In this document: in pieces, positions 9,539 through 18,640 of the stretch
Layout of the letters: each line of letters starts with the position of its first letter
Position numbering within the stretch: the first letter of the stretch is position 1
Sequence record: MZ444140.1
DNA length: 64,000 nucleotides
Strand: one strand, 5' to 3'
Position numbers and translations under genes: made by a program
Notes under the pieces: generated by a model
The model's database searches: none
Told to the model about the DNA's origin: nothing
The model's input: only the letters and a program-made list of their open reading frames with translations

Positions 9539-10260
9539 ATGTTATTGGCATATTCGCGGTCATTGAAAATGCGGGTAAGATCCATCCGCTTTTGAATGCG
9601 CGCTAGTATCCATTTTAGTTGTTTAGTTGATAGTTCTTGATTTTGCTTGTACTCACCTGTAGCATGGATGTAATAATCAAATTTACGACTTACAGTAGTA
9701 GTATGTGCACATGCAATAGCAAATGCTTCAAGTGCAGTTAGTTTGGTTGATCCATTATCATTACAATTAGGGATAAACTCAAGTACACTATTAACTGCAT
9801 CTACACCACTACCCAAATGAGCCCAATCTTTCTTGGTGATGTTGATACCCATGTCTTTAAGAATAACTGTATATATGTCACCATTCTCCATAGTGAACAT
9901 CATAGAAGTATTACCATTAAACAACCTGCGTTCTATGACTGGCAAGATATTTACTTCAACTTTAAACCAATCAGCTAAATCAACACCTGCGGTAAGGGCA
10001 TTCAATAGATCATAAACATTATCTATAGTTCCAGCAAAAGCCATAGTTTTAACACGTTTACCTTGCCAAGTAACTGTCGGATGAAAAATTATCTTGTGGC
10101 AATCATTGTAATATACATCTACACCTTCAGCTTTAGCAGTTAGATCAATATAACCGTTATCTAATACTGGAAGTCGCCCAATGCTATCAGTTGCATTATT
10201 CCGCTCAATTAATAGGCAGTCTGCAATCATGACTTTACCATCATTTACGATATATGTCAT
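9529..10260 (-). CDS. Ntn-hydrolase (HslV/proteasome-like) peptidase; start ATG 10260
   Basis: SD AGGAG; M-T-Y-I-V..DGKVMIAD N-terminus, FAG and LGSG motifs, C-terminal EA...A....T helix. Confidence 0.55.
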   Translation of the reverse strand: MTYIVNDGKVMIADCLLIERNNATDSIGRLPVLDNGYIDLTAKAEGVDVYYNDCHKIIFHPTVTWQGKRVKTMAFAGTIDNVYDLLNALTAGVDLADWFKVEVNILPVIERRLFNGNTSMMFTMENGDIYTVILKDMGINITKKDWAHLGSGVDAVNSVLEFIPNCNDNGSTKLTALEAFAIACAHTTTVSRKFDYYIHATGEYKQNQELSTKQLKWILARIQKRMDLTRIFNDREYANNIWG

Positions 10261-10303
10261 TTTCACTCCTTATAATAAAATAAATAGGCTTAAGCGAAAT
10301 AAA

Positions 10304-10323
10304 GCCCTCCCCGAAGGGAGGGC
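10304..10323 (-). terminator. intrinsic terminator (C-UUCG-G loop on minus strand)
   Basis: GCCCTCCC-CGAA-GGGAGGGC, TTT on minus. Confidence 0.85.
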
Positions 10324-10336
10324 ATTATCAATAGGT

Positions 10337-10400
10337 GGGATCTCGGCGGCACCTTCATCTGCGGACGGGAACGCTGAAGGGAGATAGTCCGGGAGATCCC
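10337..10400. ncRNA. candidate structured RNA element (about 64% GC)
   Basis: GGGATCTC/GAGATCCC, CCTTCA/TGAAGG and GCG/CGC nested stems between a stop codon and a terminator. Confidence 0.4.
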
Positions 10401-10426
10401 GATTTGGGTATTCTTTACATATGGTA

Positions 10427-10780
10427 TTACTGCAAGTATTTGTTCCCCGCAGTATAATCACCATTGATCCAATTTTTGATTACAACACTGATCCCTTCAT
10501 TTTCTTTAACGGTAACCCCCAACTCAAGATCGATTGATTGATAAGCTACAGCCGCCAGTGTTAACCGAAGATAAACGGATCCATCTTTTTCGATATCGTA
10601 GGATACTACGAACCCGTCTTGTAGATTTTGTAGCTGGAATGTATTAGCATGTTGCGGGTGGAGACGATCCATATTGTACTCAACGACATCTAGTAGATAT
10701 TGCCGAGCATCAGCAGCATTATCAAATCCGAGATCGCGCAGACCGATCGGATAACGAGCTTGTGTGCATGTAACTTTCAT
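10427..10780 (-). CDS. hypothetical protein; likely start MKVTCT at 10780
   Basis: ORF track, trimmed start. Confidence 0.7.
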   Translation of the reverse strand: MKVTCTQARYPIGLRDLGFDNAADARQYLLDVVEYNMDRLHPQHANTFQLQNLQDGFVVSYDIEKDGSVYLRLTLAAVAYQSIDLELGVTVKENEGISVVIKNWINGDYTAGNKYLQ

Positions 10781-10832
10781 AGATACTACACGATGTTGTT
10801 TACACATTATATTTTCCTCTTAGATGTCAAAA

Positions 10833-10855
10833 ACCCTCCCCGATCAGGGGAGGGT
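10833..10855 (-). terminator. intrinsic terminator
   Basis: ACCCTCCCC-GATCA-GGGGAGGGT. Confidence 0.75.
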
Positions 10856-10950
10856 ATCTCATTGGTACTTCTTCAGCAAAACTGAAACTAAGATAAAAGA
10901 GCAATCGTAAAGGAACTACATAGAATAGTGTATTTCTTTTACTATTTTTT

Positions 10951-11364
10951 TTACACAACCTCTTTAGATGGGGGTTCTTTATGAATCCAGTCTAAAGTTG
11001 TTGGTAAACTATTATCTGATCTGAAGGTACACACCGTCCGGAACCGAGAGTGATCAACTACAGATAATTGCCCATTAATCGCAGCCTCATATTGCCTACA
11101 CAACTTCACACACCTTTTCTCTAGATCAGTTGGTTCATAACCTTCTTCTCTTGGTTCAGTGTATGGTCCATCCCAAAAGAATATTAATCTAAGATCAATC
11201 CCAGATTTATACTCTGCTTGGTATGAATATTGATGAACATCAAAATCATCTAATTCTTCAACTAGATGTGATGTTATTGTTCTAGGATGTTCATGAGTTA
11301 ATTCACTGTATATATGTTTATTTCTAGGATTTTGTAAATCAACTACGATAAGTTGACTAGTCAT
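10951..11364 (-). CDS. hypothetical protein
   Basis: ORF in packed operon. Confidence 0.7.
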   Translation of the reverse strand: MTSQLIVVDLQNPRNKHIYSELTHEHPRTITSHLVEELDDFDVHQYSYQAEYKSGIDLRLIFFWDGPYTEPREEGYEPTDLEKRCVKLCRQYEAAINGQLSVVDHSRFRTVCTFRSDNSLPTTLDWIHKEPPSKEVV

Positions 11365-11365
11365 T

Positions 11366-12019
11366 TTAACTTTTATCCAGATGTCGATTACGAGTGCGTT
11401 CTACAGCTGTAGGTTCGACAGTGGCTCGCGGTAGATAAGTAATCTCCGGGAAAGTTCTATTAAGAGCATCTTCGATTAACTCTTTAGCAATCTCTGCGTC
11501 AATGTAATGGTTTAGAATAATACCACGATGATACAGGAAGAAGTTATATTCATCATGACCATGGCGAAGACTTACTTTGCCGCGATACCCACCATAGGTT
11601 AGAGTATCTTCGTTAATTTCATTCCGATAAATATCAAGTTGGATATTATTTTGAAGATGCATTTGAATGAAGTCATTACCATCACCACCGAATAGGGTTG
11701 GTCGTTTCCGACCGGTAACAACATCTTGGATGGAATCCATTAGTCGGTTAATGTCTGTTTCTAATCGTTGGATATCACATTGTGAATTCATTGCCTCATG
11801 AAAACGAGTTACAACTGCATTGAATTCTTCTTCAGTCCAACCACTGGTACGTTTTTCATAATCAACAATGATAATACCGAACCAGGCATAACCGTTAGAA
11901 TGTTTTACTTTAACACATAGATGAGGTACATTATCAGCACCTGACTGATGGTTAACAGTGTAATTATTATTACGGCTGATTACTAGTTTGATAAAAGGTA
12001 GACTAATGATTGACGCCAT
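11366..12019 (-). CDS. hypothetical protein
   Basis: ORF with SD AAGGA. Confidence 0.75.
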   Translation of the reverse strand: MASIISLPFIKLVISRNNNYTVNHQSGADNVPHLCVKVKHSNGYAWFGIIIVDYEKRTSGWTEEEFNAVVTRFHEAMNSQCDIQRLETDINRLMDSIQDVVTGRKRPTLFGGDGNDFIQMHLQNNIQLDIYRNEINEDTLTYGGYRGKVSLRHGHDEYNFFLYHRGIILNHYIDAEIAKELIEDALNRTFPEITYLPRATVEPTAVERTRNRHLDKS

Positions 12020-12110
12020 GGAAATATTCCTTTTGTATTTTTTAAATTAAAGTAGGAGTTATTATTGAGTTTCAACTCAATACATCAATAACTCCAGTAT
12101 GTTTTCAAAA

Positions 12111-12509
12111 TTAAATACATGTATTTACAGTTACATTGTAACCAGTTAGTTTTGCCAACAATACAAATGAGCGAACCTGTTCGATTTTTTCAGAAGCAAT
12201 GAAGATATGTGTAATACGATCCTCATCAACATACTGATATCGAAATGAGGTATAACTAAATGACACATCCGTATCGTTTAAATAGGTGATATTAAAATCA
12301 TCTACTTCCCTATCAAGCTTACTAAGCTCTGTAAGTAATACCTGATAGGGCGTAATGGTGATACGGTGGTTTTCACAACGTTGAATAAGCTGATGTAGTT
12401 TAGAAGGCAGTTTATCAACTACCTTTTTATAACTTTCATCACATTCTAGAAAGTTATGTACCAAACCATTAGCAGCCGCAACGGTATTTAGAATGTTGAG
12501 TAGACTCAT
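12111..12509 (-). CDS. hypothetical protein
   Basis: ORF with SD AAGGA. Confidence 0.7.
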   Translation of the reverse strand: MSLLNILNTVAAANGLVHNFLECDESYKKVVDKLPSKLHQLIQRCENHRITITPYQVLLTELSKLDREVDDFNITYLNDTDVSFSYTSFRYQYVDEDRITHIFIASEKIEQVRSFVLLAKLTGYNVTVNTCI

Positions 12510-12532
12510 TTTACAGATTCCTTTTTAGTATA

Positions 12533-14059
12533 TTAATATTTCAATAGACTATTGATAAAAGCATTAGGGTCATAACGGTTATTTGAAAAAGCCGCCATTA
12601 CATCACACCCTGGTTGATCTTTAAATCTGATATCTTCAGGAATATCGAAGTCAGGGAACATTAGTTTAATATACTCCCTAACCTCTTGATCTCGTAGATA
12701 TGGAATCTCCACCATGTAATCAACGCGACCTTTCCTTAGAAGTGCTTTATCAATATTCTCAGGATGGTTTGTAGTTAGAATGGTCATAGTTTCATCTAGT
12801 GGAACAATGCCATCTAGACCATTTAATAGAGCTGACAAAGTTAATCCGCTAGCTGGTTGCTCATACGTGATTCCATTCTTCATACACTTCTTTAATTTCC
12901 ACCATCGGCGAATTGTGGCAAATAATGGATCTTTCTCATCGGCCCATTTTGAAACACCCAATTCAGCCATAGCATAAGCACTTATCCCAAAACCTTGATC
13001 ATCACTATTTTCATCAAAGATATAGATGGTGTCATTAAATCCAACTACAGAGTATCCTTCATAGTCATCTTTAAGATCAACCCATGAAGATGGATATTTT
13101 TCAATTAAATCAATAAAAGAATATTTCCTCTCTAATTCCTTTATCTCTTTAGCTAGTTTTACAGGATCATTTAAAACACGATCTTTAACTGCCGGAGTAT
13201 CATCGAAATCTTCAATTAAAAGAATATTACCTTTAGGTAGTGTGGTAAATGCCCGCCTAAGACTATCATTAGTCATAGAGGCTAATGACAATGCACTAAC
13301 ATTTTTATTAAAATGTGAGGCAATCGCTTTACTGATCGAGGTTTTACCAGTACCAGGAGGACCTGTTAAAACACAAGTGAATTTATAGGGTAGTCCACGA
13401 TCATCGTACCATTTCCGATCAGAATAGAATTCTTCAATCTTATTAAGGAATTCTTCTTTGATCTCTTTACGCAAAATCACCGTGTTGATATCGCGTTTAG
13501 TAACTTCGATTTCATTGCCCCAGCGATTACCATCCCAATGTGAGATAGTAAGACCCATTTCATTTGGACGCCAGTGGTATGCATCAACTAGATCAATAAT
13601 GAGTTTACTACTTCTAGATAATCCACGGATAGTAATGTCCATCTGGTCTCGACTGGCATTTTGGCTATCCCGGCGTGCTTTTACAAACCAGAATAACCTA
13701 CCTTTAAACAGAAAGAAATGTAAGCCAAAACCAACACCAATTTTCTGTTTAGTTGCGCTATAACTTTGCTCATCAACGTTGGTTGAAAAACGGCGATTAA
13801 ATCCAGCTAATGGTTGTTTAATATACCACTCCATAAATGAGTCAAAGTTTTTCTCATTTAAACCATTACCAGTATTAGTGATATGTAAACTAACTGTAAA
13901 TTGATTTAATGCGAACCTAGCTAGTTTACTTGGTAAGCCTCTTAGAGTGGTCCAGAATAAACCACCAATTGCCATTCCGATAGCTCCACCCATAACCATA
14001 TTCTTCTGAGAGATATCGATGAACATGGCGTAATATTGCAATAAGGTTTCTATAATCAT
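12533..14059 (-). CDS. Bcs1-like membrane-anchored AAA+ ATPase
   Basis: TM helix, Bcs1_N-like domain, KWYDDRGLPY, Walker A GPPGTGKT, Walker B LLIEDFD, LSALLNGLDG, TTNHPE..D.ALLRKGRVD. Confidence 0.8.
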   Translation of the reverse strand: MIIETLLQYYAMFIDISQKNMVMGGAIGMAIGGLFWTTLRGLPSKLARFALNQFTVSLHITNTGNGLNEKNFDSFMEWYIKQPLAGFNRRFSTNVDEQSYSATKQKIGVGFGLHFFLFKGRLFWFVKARRDSQNASRDQMDITIRGLSRSSKLIIDLVDAYHWRPNEMGLTISHWDGNRWGNEIEVTKRDINTVILRKEIKEEFLNKIEEFYSDRKWYDDRGLPYKFTCVLTGPPGTGKTSISKAIASHFNKNVSALSLASMTNDSLRRAFTTLPKGNILLIEDFDDTPAVKDRVLNDPVKLAKEIKELERKYSFIDLIEKYPSSWVDLKDDYEGYSVVGFNDTIYIFDENSDDQGFGISAYAMAELGVSKWADEKDPLFATIRRWWKLKKCMKNGITYEQPASGLTLSALLNGLDGIVPLDETMTILTTNHPENIDKALLRKGRVDYMVEIPYLRDQEVREYIKLMFPDFDIPEDIRFKDQPGCDVMAAFSNNRYDPNAFINSLLKY

Positions 14060-14841
14060 ACTAGCATCCCTCTGGATAGCTTAGGAAAATATTGTCCACA
14101 GATCATGTATTCACGTTCTAGAAAATCTAGAGTATGACTTTCAAATATTTCACCTACATCTTTACCATAGATTTCCGTATACCCATTTTTGAATACGGCC
14201 ATTACATAAACATCAGACATAGTCATGCCGTAGTTATAAATTTGATTGTCTCTGTATTTTGGATGAAATAGGTCATATAAAAAACGAGTCATTGAACTAT
14301 TGGCAACAGTTGTCACCCCTTTCTGCTTTAAGGCATAACGTACTTGTTTAACCACATAGTTAACTTTAGAGCGCTCGCCAAATACCGTCAGTTTATCTAC
14401 ATTGCAATTACGATATCCCATAACTTCAGGATTAGCTATCACGGTGTGTTTTGGAACACGTACATCAAAGATAATGCCATTAGGGGATAGAATAATCTTT
14501 TCATGGTTAAATAGAACATGAAATAAATGTCGTTCTGGTTTAGTGATTTTGATACTTAACCCAATCACCCCACTAATCTTTCTTTCTAGATCTTCTAGTG
14601 ACTGCATCACCATGTGATATTGATTGAAGAAAGCATTATTCTTATATTTATCTAACTCAAAGTATTTCCAACTTCCACGAAAATGAATAGCATGGCTTTT
14701 GGTATAACCTTTAGTTAATTTACTTTTGAGTTTTTCAAACCAATTTTCAAGATAACCTTCGACTGTAAAACCAAGTGGGTTATTATTAATCAGTTTATTG
14801 GAATATGATAAGCTAAATCTGTACATAGTTCGACGATGCAT
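14056..14841 (-). CDS. hypothetical protein, paralogue of 14898-15770; start reassigned to MHRR 14841
   Basis: SD AGGA; the longer ORF crosses a terminator. Confidence 0.7.
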   Translation of the reverse strand: MHRRTMYRFSLSYSNKLINNNPLGFTVEGYLENWFEKLKSKLTKGYTKSHAIHFRGSWKYFELDKYKNNAFFNQYHMVMQSLEDLERKISGVIGLSIKITKPERHLFHVLFNHEKIILSPNGIIFDVRVPKHTVIANPEVMGYRNCNVDKLTVFGERSKVNYVVKQVRYALKQKGVTTVANSSMTRFLYDLFHPKYRDNQIYNYGMTMSDVYVMAVFKNGYTEIYGKDVGEIFESHTLDFLEREYMICGQYFPKLSRGMLV

Positions 14842-14868
14842 TTTATATTCCTGCCAAATAAAGAAAAA

Positions 14869-14894
14869 ATAAAGGGCTCCGAAGAGCCCTTTAT
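14869..14894 (-). terminator. intrinsic terminator
   Basis: ATAAAGGGCTC-CGAA-GAGCCCTTTAT. Confidence 0.8.
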
Positions 14895-14897
14895 GTA

Positions 14898-15770
14898 TTA
14901 GATTTTTACAGACCAACTTTGCTCGAATTCCTGATATAGGAAATTGTCTGACGCATTATCCCAATTTTCTCGATCAGTTACACCATAATAATGGAATTCT
15001 AGTTCAGTAGGTCCACCAACAAAACCATTCTTAGCATAGCTATAAACTTTGCCATTGGTTAGCTTAATCAGTGTATCCACATAGAAACTATTACGGTTCC
15101 ATATTTCATTGTGGATGTACTTAAATACCACACTGTGGATATACTTAAATTGCGCACTTGGTTTTCCGAGTACACTCCAATAGAATTTACGGATACCTAT
15201 TTCGGTCTTGAAATTAAACTCTCCGTTGCGAATGTTGTTAGAAACAATACGTGCCAGTTTATTAACCCGATTTTCTTCACCGATTAGATAGATCCCGGAA
15301 ACACTACATCCATCTCCTATTGATCCATTATTAACTAGTGGATCAACACCATATTCATCAGTGAAAATGGTTTTGATAACCTCTTTACCTTCTCGACGCA
15401 CTAACATATTCAGGTGACCATCTTCGATATATGACATATGGCTAGGCTGAATATATTCACTTGTATCGACGATAACATCATTCGCCATTACATTAAACTG
15501 TAGATGGTTTACCAGATCACTAATACCTTTAAAACGAATGGCTTGGTTCGCTGTATTTAGATCGACATACACCACGACATCAATAATGCCTTGTTTTAGT
15601 GATTTGTCATCTTTGTCAGTAGTTGTATCAATTTTTACGTAATTTTGATATAGTTCACTAAAACAAGATATGATGTCATCATGTAGTTTAATTACATCAG
15701 ATCCATTTCGTTCAAGCGCTTTAAGCGATACGTTAAAACCAATACGAATTTTATTAGAACGACGTGCCAT
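14898..15770 (-). CDS. hypothetical protein, 290 aa
   Basis: SD AGGTG. Confidence 0.8.
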   Translation of the reverse strand: MARRSNKIRIGFNVSLKALERNGSDVIKLHDDIISCFSELYQNYVKIDTTTDKDDKSLKQGIIDVVVYVDLNTANQAIRFKGISDLVNHLQFNVMANDVIVDTSEYIQPSHMSYIEDGHLNMLVRREGKEVIKTIFTDEYGVDPLVNNGSIGDGCSVSGIYLIGEENRVNKLARIVSNNIRNGEFNFKTEIGIRKFYWSVLGKPSAQFKYIHSVVFKYIHNEIWNRNSFYVDTLIKLTNGKVYSYAKNGFVGGPTELEFHYYGVTDRENWDNASDNFLYQEFEQSWSVKI

Positions 15771-15811
15771 GGTTATATCACCTATGTTAAATTAATGAAT
15801 TATTTATTCAA

Positions 15812-16174
15812 TTACCGTACTACATCTGTGATTAGAATAAGTTCACCATCACTATTGATAACACTATAGCTTTTTACAATTTCGATGCGCTTACTAATAA
15901 TCTTATTCTCTAGATCTACTTTTACGATATTAACACGAATTACCTTATTCGATTGATCATGCATTTCTTTAAAAATGCATTCGATATTTTTACCAATGAC
16001 AGCTTTTAATTTTTCAATGCTGTCAATGGATGAATATTTAAAACTATATGCTTCTGCCAGGGTTTTTGCATTACCCACAACCGTAGTTAGGGTACCCCAA
16101 TAATCATAAACATACAACGCAGTATCACTATTGGGATTATCGATAATTTCAATTATAAAATCCACTTGTATCAC
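15812..16174 (-). CDS. hypothetical protein
   Basis: SD AGGAG; first gene after promoter 16202. Confidence 0.7.
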   Translation of the reverse strand: MIQVDFIIEIIDNPNSDTALYVYDYWGTLTTVVGNAKTLAEAYSFKYSSIDSIEKLKAVIGKNIECIFKEMHDQSNKVIRVNIVKVDLENKIISKRIEIVKSYSVINSDGELILITDVVR

Positions 16175-16201
16175 TCCTATTAGTTTATTGATAGTACACT
16201 T

Positions 16202-16209
16202 GTAATATA
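16202..16209 (-). promoter_or_regulatory. phiKZ-type early promoter TATATTAC
   Basis: Minus ...ATTTAAGATCTATATTACA. Confidence 0.75.
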
Positions 16210-16229
16210 GATCTTAAATAAATTATGAT

Positions 16230-16694
16230 CTAACCATTTAAAATAGATAAAGCCTCTATATGCCAATGGTGTATTAGTTCTTCTTTACTAATAATATTAT
16301 TGAAGTAGTTTAACCGATGTGATACCATTAATTTAGAATGCATATCGACTTCACTACTTACCTTAATCACCCCAGTCTCTAATAATTGCAGAGAGCCAAC
16401 ATACGCAAATAAAGTTGGTTTTAAATACCAGTGTTCCCTATATTGTTTTTGATCAGGTACATTTCCTATAATGTAGTCAGTAGAATTACTTCGGTATGCG
16501 TAAATAGTTGATTTAGAACCAAGTAAATTAAGATCGATATCATAACTCCCGCTTTTAGCTGCAATACATTCAATAACTGATGGGGCCACACATATACGGT
16601 TGGTTACACTGTCTTCGCCATCAGCTCTATTACTTGGAATATATGGCCTTAATAAAACATAATCCCCAAGGTATACTGTCGATATGTGATACAT
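16230..16694 (-). CDS. ADP-ribosyltransferase-fold protein
   Basis: YHIS...L.PYIP...ED...RICVAPS...VPD...EHWY. Confidence 0.5.
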   Translation of the reverse strand: MYHISTVYLGDYVLLRPYIPSNRADGEDSVTNRICVAPSVIECIAAKSGSYDIDLNLLGSKSTIYAYRSNSTDYIIGNVPDQKQYREHWYLKPTLFAYVGSLQLLETGVIKVSSEVDMHSKLMVSHRLNYFNNIISKEELIHHWHIEALSILNG

Positions 16695-16709
16695 AATTAA
16701 CCTATTTAA

Positions 16710-17225
16710 TTAAAACAGATAACGCTCTGTTACTGAACGATATTGTGACATGATGTTTAATGGATCAACATCCACTGGTGCTTTAGTGACAGTTAAGCGA
16801 GCACCTTTTAAAAATTCACCAATATCTAATTTCCTTACAGTAACATCATGGATAGTGTTTTTCGTAATCCACTCAGTATCAATGCTATTGTGAGGATTAT
16901 TATTCTTAATCCATTTGTCAGAGTCCCTAAATGGAATGGTATAAACATACACAACCATTTTTAAAATATCACTTTTATCGATATTATTTTGACAATAGAT
17001 TGTAATATCCCTATCAACAGTAGCATATCTATCACTATCAAATAACTTTTCGATAGCGCTACCAATACCTAAATAAGATGCATCTTTTTCAGATGACGTT
17101 GCATATAGGTATTGGTTAGACTCAATACCATCCCACATAACAAGTTCACCAGATCTTTTAAATCCTGGCATTAATTCGTCTTGTTTATACAGAGAACCAT
17201 GGTAAAGTAATTCTGGTTTATTCAT
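16710..17225 (-). CDS. ADP-ribosyltransferase-fold protein (Arr-like)
   Basis: LYHGS...L.PG...YLYAT...A...TEWIT (H-Y-E pattern). Confidence 0.6.
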   Translation of the reverse strand: MNKPELLYHGSLYKQDELMPGFKRSGELVMWDGIESNQYLYATSSEKDASYLGIGSAIEKLFDSDRYATVDRDITIYCQNNIDKSDILKMVVYVYTIPFRDSDKWIKNNNPHNSIDTEWITKNTIHDVTVRKLDIGEFLKGARLTVTKAPVDVDPLNIMSQYRSVTERYLF

Positions 17226-17325
17226 AATAAATTCCTTTTAGTGAATCTATATTGTGGACACTATAAATAATATCCACAATATAAAATCCACTGTGCTTTA
17301 TAAGGGTTATGGTTATCAATTAACT

Positions 17326-17682
17326 TCAAGGTAGTAGTGTGGCAGTATTGAAGTGATTGGTTACTGCTTCGATCAGCATTTGCTCGATGTTGATTTTGTA
17401 GTATTCTGGTTCTTCGTTCAATTCCCAAATAATAGTCGCACGTAATAGTGCAGGTGCTATGAATCTAACTACCTTACCATGTGTGTCAAACTCTACATTG
17501 AACATTGCATATTGTTCAGTAGTATGATTTTTATAGAAAATGAAATTACCAGCGTAACTGCGAACCTCTATTTCACCATGAATACTGGAGTAGGTTTCCT
17601 GGTGGAATACTTTACCTTTAAGGCGTGTATTCTCTTCAATGATATTTACCAATTCTTTCAATTTGTCTTTATCTAGTTGCAT
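17326..17682 (-). CDS. hypothetical protein
   Basis: ORF with SD AGGA. Confidence 0.7.
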   Translation of the reverse strand: MQLDKDKLKELVNIIEENTRLKGKVFHQETYSSIHGEIEVRSYAGNFIFYKNHTTEQYAMFNVEFDTHGKVVRFIAPALLRATIIWELNEEPEYYKINIEQMLIEAVTNHFNTATLLP

Positions 17683-17722
17683 TTGTAGGTTCCTATTAAT
17701 AAATGTATACGATGGATATCTT

Positions 17723-18088
17723 TTACGATTTCCGGTGCTTATCCATATCTAGTTTTATATCAGTATATATCTTGAATCTATTAGATAGGCTATCCATATC
17801 TACGCGCAATGCCCGAATATGCATATCAGTATCTTTTGGTTTACCTTCAGACTCCCATACGGCCTTTGCGATATCAAATGCTACATTGTTCAAATAGTAT
17901 TCGACTTCATGTTCATCAAGCAAAAGAGCATCATGGAAACCAATACGTGATAGAATGGCGTAATCACGCTGATTAACATCTCTCCAATCTTTACGCACTA
18001 AGTAACTTTTACCAATTCCATCTTTTTTACAACTTTTACTAATAATTTCTATAATGAACTTATCATGCCATTTATAATCCATAATCAT
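17723..18088 (-). CDS. hypothetical protein
   Basis: SD AGGAG. Confidence 0.7.
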   Translation of the reverse strand: MIMDYKWHDKFIIEIISKSCKKDGIGKSYLVRKDWRDVNQRDYAILSRIGFHDALLLDEHEVEYYLNNVAFDIAKAVWESEGKPKDTDMHIRALRVDMDSLSNRFKIYTDIKLDMDKHRKS

Positions 18089-18095
18089 TACTCCT

Positions 18096-18608
18096 TTATT
18101 TAATCAGCTTCATTACTAGAGGAACAGATAGACTTATGCCATTAGCCATTTTAGCTAGAATATGATAGACATCGTCTGCTTCTTGATTATTGGTACAAGG
18201 TATAGAAATGGCATCACCATAGTAAGGACTGTAGTTAATACGGTTGCCATATACACCACTTACAAAACTATAATCTAATCCATCCGTAGTGGTCATAATA
18301 ACTACAACATGATCATCCCCAACCATACCGGATTCCAGATAGTCACATAGTTCCAGTTTTTGTTGCACACCTCGTTGACAGATCCATACTTCACGGTATT
18401 GATGATGAGGATATGGATTACATGCTACATCATTTTCACTAACGAAGTACATAGTCCCCCAGTTGTAAGACTGGAATTGGGTTGTTTGTTTGTGGGCTTC
18501 CCATACCTCTTCCATACAAAAGGTATGTTTGTTAACCCATAGACCATCGTTATTAAGACTATCAACGATCCCATCACGGACACGTACTACACGGAGTGTT
18601 TTTGCCAT
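18096..18608 (-). CDS. hypothetical protein
   Basis: ORF in packed operon. Confidence 0.7.
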   Translation of the reverse strand: MAKTLRVVRVRDGIVDSLNNDGLWVNKHTFCMEEVWEAHKQTTQFQSYNWGTMYFVSENDVACNPYPHHQYREVWICQRGVQQKLELCDYLESGMVGDDHVVVIMTTTDGLDYSFVSGVYGNRINYSPYYGDAISIPCTNNQEADDVYHILAKMANGISLSVPLVMKLIK

Positions 18609-18640
18609 TTTTAATTATCCTAAATACATAAAGGAATCAC

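Noticed and set aside
10441-10450. TGTTCCCCGC matches the start of the enterobacterial type I-E CRISPR repeat (possible solitary repeat or RNA anti-CRISPR)
   Set aside because: Only 10 nt match, the hairpin 3' arm (GCGGGGATAAACCG) is absent, and it lies inside a coding region
10270-10464. 64-aa minus-strand ORF from the track
   Set aside because: Weak SD, and it runs through a strong UUCG terminator into the next gene's SD; better explained as a structured non-coding gap (not fully excluded)
17248-17283. 11-bp inverted repeat TATATTGTGGA/TCCACAATATA with DnaA-box-like TATCCACA
   Set aside because: Only one near-match box and no cluster; probably a terminator-like or operator hairpin, with no support for an origin
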